Assembly: GCF_000143415.4 (NCBI RefSeq)
Contig: NW_003314264.1
Coordinates: forward strand, 3,585,229 to 3,649,228
Length of the DNA stretch: 64,000 bases
Source: Selaginella moellendorffii
Taxonomy: Eukaryota; Plantae; Lycopodiophyta
Reading direction: 5' to 3'
The first letter of the stretch is position 1, and every line of letters starts with the position of its first letter. Of this stretch, positions 24,105-35,200 are shown one piece after another. A program made the position numbers and the translations under genes. The notes beneath the pieces were generated by a model, which was given only the letters and a program-made list of their open reading frames with translations, was not told the DNA's origin and did not search any database.

Positions 24105-24790
24105 TGGTGCGTTGGAATTAGGACGTTCCAGCTTTTAAGAAGTTGAGGTATGTACTTTCTTCCAATAGTCAATCACCAGAGAAAGACTATGACAGGTCAG
24201 CCTTGGGATTATTTGTAACTGTAGCGGCCTACCAAGGAATTCCAATGTTTCTTTCGCCGCTAGATTAGATTCTAGGCGACTGGACCACCATTTACGCTTC
24301 AAAAACGTAGCTTTTCTTCCTCTCGCACGCTGGCTAATCTCCAGTGTTTGTTTTGCAAAAGGATGGACAGAGCTCTCGCTGCGATTCTATTTGCCGCCGT
24401 TGAGTGGCAAGTCATGATCAAAGGAAACGAATGGTGAGGACAGACAGCGTTTTACACTAGAACAGGTATCTCGCTATAAAAATTACCCACATCCTGTCTA
24501 ATCCGTGCTAAACGAGCAGACAAAAGAGGCACTGCGCGCGTGGACTGCTGCGAGACAAGGAAGGAAGCATTTTGAAAATCTCCGCAGATGGTAATGGCTT
24601 ACAAGGTAGGCCACGATCGCTAGTAACTTGTCTTGTCATCGGTCCCGGGAAATATAGAAAACGCGAAAGAGACTAATTTTCTGTGCTTGGTTTTGTAGGC
24701 ACGAACGTGGTGGGATCTGGATGAATGGATGGGAGCTGTGTGCTGTTGCCTGCCCAAGATCTTTGATTGATTGATCGTTCGTACCCTGTT
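24105..24790 (+). pseudogene. Decayed tandem copy of LPA3 3' exons
   Basis: gtggcaagtcatgatcaaa..acagacagcgttttacactagaacag (24404-24464) matches 23658-23737; ttacaaggtag (24599) matches 23864; indels and stops. Confidence 0.75.
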
Positions 24791-24859
24791 GCGCTCTCCG
24801 GCAATCAAGTCTGGATCAATGAAGCTCGATCGAGAGGCCCAGAAAAAGCTTGCTCCAAT

Positions 24860-25327
24860 GGATGGATGTACTTACCATGGGTAAGTGTAAACAAGCTCTT
24901 CTTTTCTATGCTTTTCTCGTCGGGAGACTAAAACTCTTTGCTTTTGGCGCTATAAATGCAGGTACTTGCTCTTGCGGGACGTCACAAACTCGGGGAGCCT
25001 TGGATCTCGATGACAATGCCAGTGCGCGAGTGACTCGATCGATCGGTGTCTCTCTCGTGCTAATGTACCTTGGATCTAAATCCTCGCGAGAGGCAGGCAC
25101 CACAAACATACATTTTCTTGCAATTTTCAAAGCGGGCTTGGCATGTGGTGGCGAGGATTGCTCCCATATTCTATTCGTCAATGCTGGGCGGATTGTTTAC
25201 TTGTTTTAATCGATCAAGGGGAGAGTATGACAGGGACGCACTAGAAAAAAAATTTGCGGTGCTGGTACCACCTTTGTTGCTAATCCTGTGTTACCTGGAT
25301 GTTGACTTCTTGGTTTCCTTTGAATGA
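24860..25327 (+). pseudogene. Possible relic of an ERD2/KDEL-receptor-like membrane protein gene
   Basis: Fragments SIGVSLVLMYL and IVYLF*SIKGEYDRDALEKKFAVLVPPLLLILC loosely resemble ERD2; interrupted frame. Confidence 0.25.
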
Positions 25328-26134
25328 ATCTCATAGCCCACAAGCAACTGAGGTCACTGCTAGTAATTGTGGTGGTGGTAAGCGGTAGCGTTTCGTTTGG
25401 GGGCGGCATATTCCAAATCCAAAACCCAAGTGTGCACTCATTCAAGTTTCTTAACTGGTTAAAGTCAACTAATGCCAACAAAAGGATGTAACGTAAGGGC
25501 GAGAGACTAAATTAATCAAACCATGGAAAAATCATCCATGGTAAAAATCGATCGCATTTTGGTATAAAGGGATTTATAAAAGCGCATCCAGTCGCTGTCG
25601 ATCATCGTTCCCACAGCCACCATTTGGACAAAGCCAACAACAATCATCATGCTTCCAAACAAGTAGCTACATTGGTTAGTCCTTTGCGAGATCCTGTCCG
25701 TCGGCGCCGCCGTGGCGCGCCCGGCGCCGTCCACCTGGCACCATCCCCGCCGTTGGGAGCGCACGGGCCCCGATAGCACCACGACCGCATGTGAACTGCC
25801 ACCACTACCGCGCGCAGTGTGGCTCTTACACGGTCCGCCATAGCCACAGAGCTTGGCTTGCCTTGGCTCCCCCCGGGAGCGAGAGGGAATTGGGGGAGTT
25901 AGGGTTAGGGTTAGCGAGTAAGCGATCGATCAGCGCAGCGTCGTCCCGGCGTACTGATGATTTGGTGGATACATTCGCGAGCCGAGCCTAGATTTGTAGA
26001 ATCTGGTCCTTTTTGCGCCACCGATTCCTCCATGGGCAATCAGTCCTTTACTACATTTGTGGCAGCGATTTGTGGAGATGTCGCATTCTCCTGTTCCAGC
26101 CCCTTGGCGAGAGTTTTGATATGTGAGGCGCGCG

Positions 26135-26210
26135 AGCGAGAGTGAAAGCGAGAGAGAGAGAGAGGTCGAAAGAGAGAGCGAAAGAGAGAGCGAGAGGGAA
26201 AGAGAAAGAG
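26135..26210 (+). repeat. Imperfect (AG)n microsatellite in the F-box/kelch 5' leader
   Basis: Directly visible. Confidence 0.8.
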
Positions 26211-26307
26211 ATTTTTGCTCTTTGCTCTCCCTTCCGCTAGATCCTTGATGAGGAGCTCCTAGGCATCGATCGCGCAGTCCTCGCGAATTCCGCCCCCTCC
26301 CCTGGCC

Positions 26308-27783
26308 ATGGACGAGGAGAAATCCAAATCGGGGCCGCCTGGCGCGGCGCTGTGCGGGAGATGCCACGTCTCGGAGGAGCTGGAGCTGCAGGCCAGGAGC
26401 ATGATCCTTGGTGGCTCTGGTGGCGGCGGCGACGCCGTGCCTCCTCCTCTGTGCAATAGCCACAACAAGCATTGCTGCTGCAAGCTAGGCCGGCACACCC
26501 CAACGCACACGCTCACGTATGACGCGGAGCTCATCGCCCTCGACCCCTTCAGCAGATCCAAGAAGATCCGGCGCGGCGCCAATGGCCGATTCGTGCCCAG
26601 CGACGCGAAGATCCAGCACGGCGGCGGCGGCACCAATTCGGAGCTTACGTCAACGGTTGTTGCCATGGAAGTTGACAGCGGCGGGAATTGGCTCGAGAGC
26701 GACGACGGCGCTGGTGGCGGAGGAGAATTGGCGGACAGCTCGCTCATCCCGGGGCTCGGGGACGACGTGGCGCGCCTCTGCCTCGCCCGGCTGCCCAGAT
26801 CCTGCTACGGCCAGTTCTACACGGTAAGCAAGAGATTTTGCTCGCTACTTAGGAGCGGGGAGCTGTATAGCACGCGCCGCGGCCTGGGCATCTCAGAGCA
26901 ATGGGTCTATCTTCTCAACAGCGGCCAATCCGTGTGGCGGGCCTTCTGCCTGGTCGATGGCGGGCGATGGCGGCCGCTCCCGCCCACGCCCTCGGATCCA
27001 TGCTTCAATATGTGCGACAAGGAGTCGCTCACCGCAGGGACGCAGCTGCTCGTGGTCGGGCGCGAGATCAATGGCCACTGCATCTGGGGCTACGATCTCC
27101 TCACCGATCGCTGGTTCCGAGCTCCACAGATGAACACCCGGCGCTGCCTCTACGCCTCGGCCAGCTGCGGCACCCACGCGTTTGTCGCGGGGGGGATCGA
27201 CTCCGCCACCCAGCTCGAGCTCCGCGCCGCCGAGCGCTACGACTCGTCGTCCGGGCGGTGGGAGGCGCTGCCGGACATGATCAAGCCGCGGAAGATGTGC
27301 TCGGGGTTTTACATGGATGGCAAGTTCTACGTGATCGGTGGCGCCAACGCCGCCAGCGCGGAGCTCACTTGCGGCGAGGAGTTTGATCCCGACGCCGGGA
27401 CGTGGAGGGAGATCCCCGGGATGTGTCCTGCCAGGAGCGATACGACGAGCAACTCGCCGCCGCTGGTGGCGGTGGTGGACAACCAGCTCTTCAGCTTGGA
27501 TGCGTCGTCCAGGAAGCTCAAGCGGTACTGCAAGCGATCGAACTCGTGGAGGGTGATCGGCGATGTTCCTGTCAAGGCGGACTCGAGCAGTGGGTGGGGG
27601 ATGGCGTTCAAGGCCGTGGATGGGCAGCTGCTCTTGATAGGCGGCGATCGGAGGGACGGAGACGCGATCTATGCGTGGAAGCCGTGCGAGGAGGAGGGCG
27701 GCGCCGCTGTAAATTGGAAGTTCATTGCCGGATTGGTACCACCGGGGACGTTCGTCTTCAACTGCGCGGTCATGTCCGCGTGA
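26308..27783 (+). CDS. F-box/kelch-repeat protein (SKIP11-like), intronless
   Basis: LIPGLGDDVARLCLARLPRS F-box; DKESLTAGTQLLVVG; RKMCSGFYMDGKFYVIGG; GWGMAFKA; FVFNCAVM. Confidence 0.93.
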   Translation: MDEEKSKSGPPGAALCGRCHVSEELELQARSMILGGSGGGGDAVPPPLCNSHNKHCCCKLGRHTPTHTLTYDAELIALDPFSRSKKIRRGANGRFVPSDAKIQHGGGGTNSELTSTVVAMEVDSGGNWLESDDGAGGGGELADSSLIPGLGDDVARLCLARLPRSCYGQFYTVSKRFCSLLRSGELYSTRRGLGISEQWVYLLNSGQSVWRAFCLVDGGRWRPLPPTPSDPCFNMCDKESLTAGTQLLVVGREINGHCIWGYDLLTDRWFRAPQMNTRRCLYASASCGTHAFVAGGIDSATQLELRAAERYDSSSGRWEALPDMIKPRKMCSGFYMDGKFYVIGGANAASAELTCGEEFDPDAGTWREIPGMCPARSDTTSNSPPLVAVVDNQLFSLDASSRKLKRYCKRSNSWRVIGDVPVKADSSSGWGMAFKAVDGQLLLIGGDRRDGDAIYAWKPCEEEGGAAVNWKFIAGLVPPGTFVFNCAVMSA

Positions 27784-28295
27784 GCTAGGCTCCGACCATT
27801 AGAAAAAGGAGTTCTTCGGTCGATCGATCGCGAGGTTCCATCTTTTTTGGTGGCGGAGTGGCGGTGGTGGAGCAGAGTTAAGTTCTTCCGCTTTTCTTTT
27901 TTCTCTTTTTCTCTTTTTTATTCTTCGCTCAAAGTTTTCCAGGGGATAGCTTATAGGATCAATGACAGCACCATTGGCTGCGCTGCTCATCTATATAAAA
28001 CCTCCATCAAAGTGGAATCCACTTTTTTTTAGTTTTCTCTTCTTTCCTGCTTGAGCTCGATCGATCGCGCGACTGTAGACTAAATTCGCGAATCGAGCCA
28101 GCCACCACTGCGAGGGTTCCCGTCCGTATGCTGGCCACCAACCGTACGGCTGGCTGACCAAAACACCAAAACCAAAAGAAAAAACTTAGCGCGGTAAAAT
28201 CCACTTTTAAAGACCCAAAGACCTTTTAACATCGCCTCCACTCTCGGGCAAAATGGGTAAGTTTTTAGGAGGGTCTCGCTCACACGCAGGAGACG

Positions 28296-29022
28296 ATGAA
28301 GGACGAGCTCGAGGAATCGAGGAGTAGTAGCAGCGGCCATGGCGGATCCGGGAGCCCTAATCCTGCTCGAAGATCCATGGAATCTAGTAACAGTGCCCAC
28401 GGAGCGAGATCTCCCTTGCATCCCAGAGCAGGAGCAGCGGGCAGTGGAGCTAGAAAGCCTCCGGGCGAGGCCACTCCCACCAGGAAATCCCACAGTCGAT
28501 TCGTGGATCCAGTTGAGTTTTTCTGTAGAGTTAGGCCTAGCTAGGTAGAGTGTGATCTTCGATTTTTGTTTCTCTTGGTGCGTGCGTGCATTGGTGGACT
28601 GGTCAATTCTTAAAGACCGAGCGTGACTTTTTTTGACTTTTTCTCTCTTTGTCTTCTTGGGCTAGTTTCTTCCGCGATCTAATCCGCAAACTTGTTCTTT
28701 GTTTTTGGCGACTTCCAGCCGGAGCGCGTGGCGGCGCCGCTGCCCAAGTTCGGGCAATGGGACGTGAACAATCCCTCCTCGGCCGACGAGTTCTCGGCGA
28801 TCTTCGAGGACGCTGTGGTGGAGAAGAGGGGCGATTCCAGAGGGGGAGGGATTGCGTATGGCTACTCCGACCGCGATCGCTCGTCGTCTTCGTTTGACAG
28901 GAAGAAGCCCAAATCGATCACGGTAACGATGCTGCTAAAAATCTCTCTTTTGCCCTCAAAATCGATTGGATTGATCCTCGCAGGAACGATTGTGCTGCTG
29001 CTTCACGCCGAGAATTGGCTAG
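28296..29022 (+). CDS. RIN4/NOI-domain protein; exons ~28296-28511, 28719-28922, 28984-29022 (boundaries approximate)
   Basis: PLPKFGQWDVNNPSSADEFSAIFE NOI/AvrRpt2-cleavage motif; C-terminal LCCCF acylation motif. Confidence 0.82.
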
Positions 29023-29206
29023 GTTGGAGAAAGTTTGTGGAGTTTTCTCGGTTTTTAGGATAATTACAAAAAAAAATGTAGCAACGGTCAAGTGACACGT
29101 CATCTGCCACGTGGGATTCCCCCCATTCCCATTTTGAATGCTCCTCCTGTGTAATTGCTCCATCCAGCCGCTAGAACCCTAATCGCGGGGGAGCTCGACC
29201 GCATCC

Positions 29207-29752
29207 ATGCCGAACAAGGCGTCCTCCTCGTCCTCCAGCGGCCGCCACAACAAGGTATTCGTGCTGCAGAGGAGTCTAGGGAGCTCACCGGTGCTGGAGG
29301 GCAGCTATGGCGAGCAAATCGGGATCCCTGGGCACCAGAGCGGCCTCGTCGGGGTCTATGTCTCGGAAGAACAGGCCTACGCCGCCGTGATCCAGCGCCA
29401 GGTCGCCGGGATGGAGCAGATCGCCGGGAGCATGCTCACGGATCTGCGCAAAGTGGTGTCGGTCAAGGGGCTGTCGTTCAAGGAGCGCTACAAGAAGATG
29501 CTCGAGTGGGTTCGCGACTGCGATTGGTACAGGGTCGCCGACGCCGTGAGCTTCCAGATCAAGGAGTGCCCGCTGGTGCCGTTTGAGAAGGTGAACGAGT
29601 CCAAGCTCTTCGATGGCGTCCAGGATCTCCAGTCGGCGGTGTCTGACAATGGGTCTTTCGTGGACGACGAGGAGGACGATGAGCTCTACGACGAGGCTGG
29701 TGTTGGCGGCAAGGGAGGAGGAGCCAAGAAGAGGAGATATGCGCACTACTAG
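29207..29752 (+). CDS. Unknown 181-aa protein with acidic tail and C-terminal KKRR NLS
   Basis: Intronless ATG ORF with strong G/C third-position bias, upstream G-box and aaccctaa motif, AT-rich 3' flank. Confidence 0.7.
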   Translation: MPNKASSSSSSGRHNKVFVLQRSLGSSPVLEGSYGEQIGIPGHQSGLVGVYVSEEQAYAAVIQRQVAGMEQIAGSMLTDLRKVVSVKGLSFKERYKKMLEWVRDCDWYRVADAVSFQIKECPLVPFEKVNESKLFDGVQDLQSAVSDNGSFVDDEEDDELYDEAGVGGKGGGAKKRRYAHY

Positions 29753-30328
29753 CTCAAGGTGCTGTATTGCATTTCTTCTTGGATTGTTTATCTAGTTTTT
29801 TAGCTTCCTTTCCTCTGTTTTCTCTCATGCTTTGCTGCTTGCAAAGGTCATGACTCATTCATAGCTAGCTAGAATTGTTTGTCTCGCTCAGTTGGAGCCA
29901 GCGTCCACAGTTGAGTGAGGCATTCCAGTGTTCTTTCTAAGATGCAATGCAAGTTGTGCTCTTAATTTATTTGCAACGGTGTGGAACGTCACTGACTGTT
30001 TTGGCATCTTTTAACTAATTTCTAGTTCTCCAAGTTGGTCCTCTGGATGGAATTGAGTCATAGTTTTCTGCAAGTTACAGGCAGGCGTGATTCCTGGAGA
30101 ACTATGGCATAGGCAATCGGTACGTACCATTTTTTATCTATCGTATGCTGTTTTGAGTTTTGAGGTGCCCATCAAGAAGCATGGACTACTGACATCAACT
30201 TGTTTGCAGGATTTCTGTCCTTTACGATAACGCGGCCACAGTGAACTGTGGCAAAATCGCTCTCGAGCGTCACGTGGGTGAATTCCGTAGTCAATACAGC
30301 TACTAGGCTTCTTGTTTCTCATTTTGCC

Positions 30329-31064
30329 ATGGCTGCTTGGGCTGAACGACTGTGGGATTTTGAGTCCTCTAGTGCTCTGATTGATCATTATTTCGATGCC
30401 CCCAGTTTTTGTAAGGATGCAGCTGCTGCTCAGGCTCCACAAACTCCGGATTATCGTAAGAAGCTCCGCGTCGTGGGGTCCAAACGAGAAAGCCACGTCT
30501 TGGGCGAGCGAGAGAGGAGGAAGGAAATGAATCAGCTGTTTGCACGGATGGAAGCTGTGTTGCCTGAGCCACCTCCAAAGGTAAACGCATCCACTCAGTG
30601 CCACTAATGAGGGCCAAACTTCTTGTCTCTCACAGATGACCAAGCCAGCTTTGGTGGACGAGGTTCTAAAGTACATTCAAGAACTACAAGTCGAGCTCGA
30701 AGATCTTTCCGAGAAACGAAAGGCCGCACAGAAGGCAGCGCAGATGCGACGTGCTCTCCATCCAACACCAGCGCCAAATGTGGCTGTGACTATGTGCGGA
30801 AGCAGTGCACTCGTGACTGTGATCAGCAAACGGCAGCAAGACCTCTTCAGCAAGATTCTTCATTTGGTAACCAGGTTTCAAGTGGAACTGGTCGGCGCGA
30901 GCGTCTCTACTGCTAGTTCATCCATGTTTCATCACATTCATATCAAGGTAAACATCCCCCTTTGTTCCTCGGTTTTCTCCTCACATTGCGTCTGGCAGGC
31001 TTGTAAGCAGGATTTCTCTTCCGAGGCTCTTGAAGAGGCTCTCCGGCAGCTGGTTAGTAGATGA
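30329..31064 (+). CDS. bHLH transcription factor with C-terminal ACT-like domain (3 exons)
   Basis: SHVLGERERRKEMNQLFARMEAVLPEPPPK|MTKPALVDEVLKYIQELQ; introns 30581-30635, 30948-30998. Confidence 0.88.
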
Positions 31065-31215
31065 TACATCACTACCTATTGAGTGTCCCTTCCGGAAGAA
31101 TCACACAATTAAATTACAGGCAGTTTGTCATCACATAGAATAAGTTTGCAATCTCACAAGGTATATATATTAGTACCACCATGAAACAAAGCTTGAACAG
31201 AGTAATGTGTGATTT

Positions 31216-31974
31216 TCAAGTGAGATTTCGGAGGAACTCGGCCGCGGTCGCAATCGCTCCGCCAGTAATCGCGCTTGAAATGACGCGCTCGTGGGTCACG
31301 TTTGAATCGGTCAGCGACAGTGCCGCTCCCGTCAATGCTCCACCCAGCAATGCGTTCTTCTGCGCACCCAAGAACAATTGTTTTTAGAAAAAATCGTCAT
31401 AAAAAAACTAGAAAAATCGAGAACCCAGTCATGGACTCCGCGAGCTTCCTGCATCGTGTAGGTCATTCCCGAGTAAATCCCAGCCACCATTCCTGGAGAG
31501 CGAGCAAGCATTTGATCAAAAGCGTGTAAGAAACGCTTTAGAGGAGACGAGTTGTTTACCCCACTGCAAGCACTCCTTCCCCATTTGATTCACCTGGAGA
31601 CCAGCAAAAGAAAATTGAGATTTTGGTAAAGTTTTCAATAGTGAATAAAGAATCCTTACCGATTTCTCGAGAGACCTCTTGTCAGCACTCTCTGCCGCAA
31701 GCACAAAGCCCTGTTAGCACAATGCTGAGGAGTATATCCAATCCACATACCTTGAGAAACGTAGCGCATGGACTCTTGGGCTGCCGCATGGAGGGCGCCG
31801 GTCTGTGGATGGAAGATTAGAGAGAGAAGATTGGAACTATCAAGCTATTCCATGGCTCACCCCTCCGACTTTGATGAATCCATCCACAATCCGGTTGAGA
31901 AGAGGATGCCCCATGTCGATCAAAACATCCACATTGGGTCCATCGAAGCTAGTGTTGACGCGTGCTTGCGGCAT
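31216..31974 (-). CDS. OEP16: Chloroplast outer envelope pore protein OEP16 (Tim17/22/23 family), 6 exons; not seen as one ORF in the track
   Basis: MPQARVNTSFDGPNVDVLIDMGHPLLNRIVDGFIKVGG|..QWG|MVAGIYSGMTY..RGVHDW|KNALLGGALTGAALS..TAAEFLRNLT*. Confidence 0.9.
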
Positions 31975-32261
31975 TTTTCCCTCTCCTGGATTGATCGATT
32001 CTAGCAGTTACTGCGCAATCTTAAAAATTTCTCTAGAACAGTGAAGGACAGGGGCTAGAAGGGCAACGCTGGGTTTTGATCTACGAGATATCTTCTTCGG
32101 TGCAACACGTGTTCGCTCCTTAGCGGTGCTGGAGCATGCAAGTGTGACGCGTGCCCTATGACATTGCTAGCCAGCGTGGCGTAGGATATTCGTATACTTT
32201 AGGGATTTACCTTTAGGGTTTAAGCGCAAGGGCAAAAGTGTCATTCTCTAAAGCCCTAGCT

Positions 32262-35200
32262 ATGGCGGGAGCTTCGAAGCGATCGCCTCCTCCGCCTCCT
32301 CCTCCTCCTCCGGCATCGGCCCCAGCGCCCGCGGCGTGCCAGGTACAATGTGCCGGATGCCGATGCGTGCTCAATGTGCCTCCCGGAGTGATCGAGTTCC
32401 GCTGCCCCAAATGCAAGCTCGCGCAAATGCTGCCCCCGCAGCTCCATCCCCAGGTGATGCTGCCTCCGCCGCCGCCGCTGCCTCATCTTCCGCCGCCGCC
32501 GCGGCCATCGTCGGCTCCTCCGCGTGCTCCCGCGGATTCTTCCAAGATACAGCTTCCCTGTGCGAATTGCCGGGCCGTGCTGAGCGTCCCGCCCGATCTG
32601 TCCAGGTTTGTGTGCCCGCAGTGTAGGGTGGAGCTCGCAGTGGATCCCGCGAAGCTCGCGGGGTACATGAACTCGCTGGCTCACCTTTCCTACTTGAGCG
32701 CGGGCAACAAGGACGTGGATGAGCCTCTTTTGTGGAACAAGTTTGGCGATGCTTCTTTGGAAGAAATTAACGAGGTAAGATCGTTTGCATGGGAAGGAAA
32801 TGCTTATATCTTTGTTCTTTTGATGAGCTTTCCAGGTAGCTCTAGAAGTGGAGAAAGAAGAGGATGAGAATGGAACGGTTGGAAATACTTTCATGGACTA
32901 CGTGAGTAATGCCTGTTTCTTCTCTAGTGGTTCTGACTAGTACTACTTTGTGTAGAGGCCATCGAAGTTGTCGATCGGTCCACCACATCCCGATCCGATC
33001 GTGGAAACTTCATCACTTTCGTCAATCCAGCCTCCAGAGCCTACATATGGCCTCAGAATTGCCAAAGAAATGGAGGATTTGGGAGCACTATCATGCCTGC
33101 AGTTGGAGACATTAGTATATGCATGCCAGGTAGGCTTTGTTGCCTTCGAACTATCTTATCAAAATGTTTTATAGAGGCATCTTCAACATCTGGCCGATGG
33201 AACTCGAGCAGGATTTTTTGTAGGAGATGGTGCTGGGGTTGGGAAGGGTAGAACAGTAGCTGGACTTATCTGGGAGAACTGGAAGCATGACAGGCACAAA
33301 GCCTTGTAAGGTTTGCTTCGACATGCCTCACTTGGAAACCTGGTCTTCATGTTGTTCGCAGGTGGATCTCTGTCGGATCAGATCTTAAATTTGATGCTCG
33401 GAGGGATCTGGACGATATCGGCGCTACTAGCGTAGAAGGTTTCTTGTATACGAATATCATTACAGCTGATGTGTCTCGTGTATGCAGTGCACGCTTTGAA
33501 TAAGCTTCCATACGGAAAACTTGATTCCAAGGCGATAGGGGTGAAAGAAGGCGTCATATTCCTGACATACAACAGCTTAATCGCTTCGTCTGAGAAAGGC
33601 CGTTCCAGGCTACAGCAGCTTATACAGTGGTGTGGACCAGACTTCGATGGACTGATTACTTTTGACGAGGTTCGTCCCTTGTGTTAGTTGCATTCTGTTT
33701 TCATATTTTTATATTCTAGTGTCATAAAGCCAAGAACTTGATCCCCGACAGTGGAACTCACGCTACTCGAACGGGTGAAGCAGTTGTCGAGATTCAAGTG
33801 GGAATTGATCTTCTTTGTGGTTTATAATTGATTAATCTATGTATCTCGCAGAAAAGGCTTCCTGAAGCACGAATAGTATATTGCTCGGCGACGGGAGCAT
33901 CAGAACCTCGAAACCTGGGCTACATGTGTCGCCTGGGGTTATGGGGAAAAGGAACAGACTTCCCTCATTTTCACGCTTTTCTTGGTATGCTTTCGCTATG
34001 TTTTTCTCCTTAGAACCCGGGTTTTGCAGCGGCTTTAGAAAAAAGAGGAGTCGGCGCACTGGAGTTGGTAGCAATGGACATGAAAGCCAGGTCAGTGTTA
34101 AGCTACTTAGCTACAATGAGAAAATGGTTTTTCTGCGTTCCGCAGGGGAATGTATGTGTGTCGGACCTTGAGCTTTCAAGGCGCAGAATTTGAAGTTGTT
34201 GAGGTTCCGCTAGAAGCTGCAATGAAGGTAAAACAACATTGTGTTTCATCATAACTGGTGAAACGTTTTGATTTAACAGGACATGTACGCAAAAGCCACG
34301 CGCATTTGGGGTGATTTACGTGTTGAATTTATGCAAGCTTCTGAGCTCCTTCAAGATAAGAAGCCTTTAAATCAATTATGGAGAGTGTTCTGGGCAAACC
34401 ATCAGGTACTCCATCAATACTCTCTACCTTAACTGAATCATTGTTCATTGTTTCCAGCGGTTTTTTCGACATATGTGTATGTCCGCGAAGGTCCCAGCTG
34501 TTGTACGATTGGCAAAGCAAGCCTTGTCTGAAGGAAACTGTGTTGTCATTGGATTGCAGAGCACGGGAGAAGCCCGCACAGAAGAAGCAATAAGCAAATA
34601 CGTAGGCATTAGTCCTCTTGCCATATAAAACACTGACTGTGAACAAATCTCAGGGTGCTGAACTCGACGATTTTGTTTCGGGTCCCAAAGAGCTTCTTCT
34701 GAAGCTGGTTGAAGACTATTATCCACTTCCACAGCAATGTAAAGGTAATATTTTATATTCGTAAGCCTCCCGAGGTTGTATTTTTTTTTTCTCTCTCTCT
34801 CTTTTTTCGCTTGGAAGATGGCAGCGACAATGACGCTTTGGACGAAAACGATATGGAAGCGAGAAAAGCTAAGCCCAAAGATGGTTTAAGTGGCGATGAG
34901 GAAGAAGAATTTGAAAGTAAACCTTTTCTTCTTCTTCTTTTATTGATTTGTAAGTTCCTATGTCAGCGGAATGTGAGACCGATTCTAGCGGAAGTGAAGA
35001 AGAGACCAAAACTTGCAATGTTTGCGCCGTGGAGAACGTAAGAATCTTTATGAACTTACGATGTATATCTAATTTTGTGCGCATGCGTTTTAGAGAACGC
35101 TCAAACTCCTGGATTGTGCACTCTGTGGTATGACGGTTCATTATCAGTGTCTTCCAACTTCAATTGCGGAAACTGCTGAACCAAAATGGTTATGCCCTCC

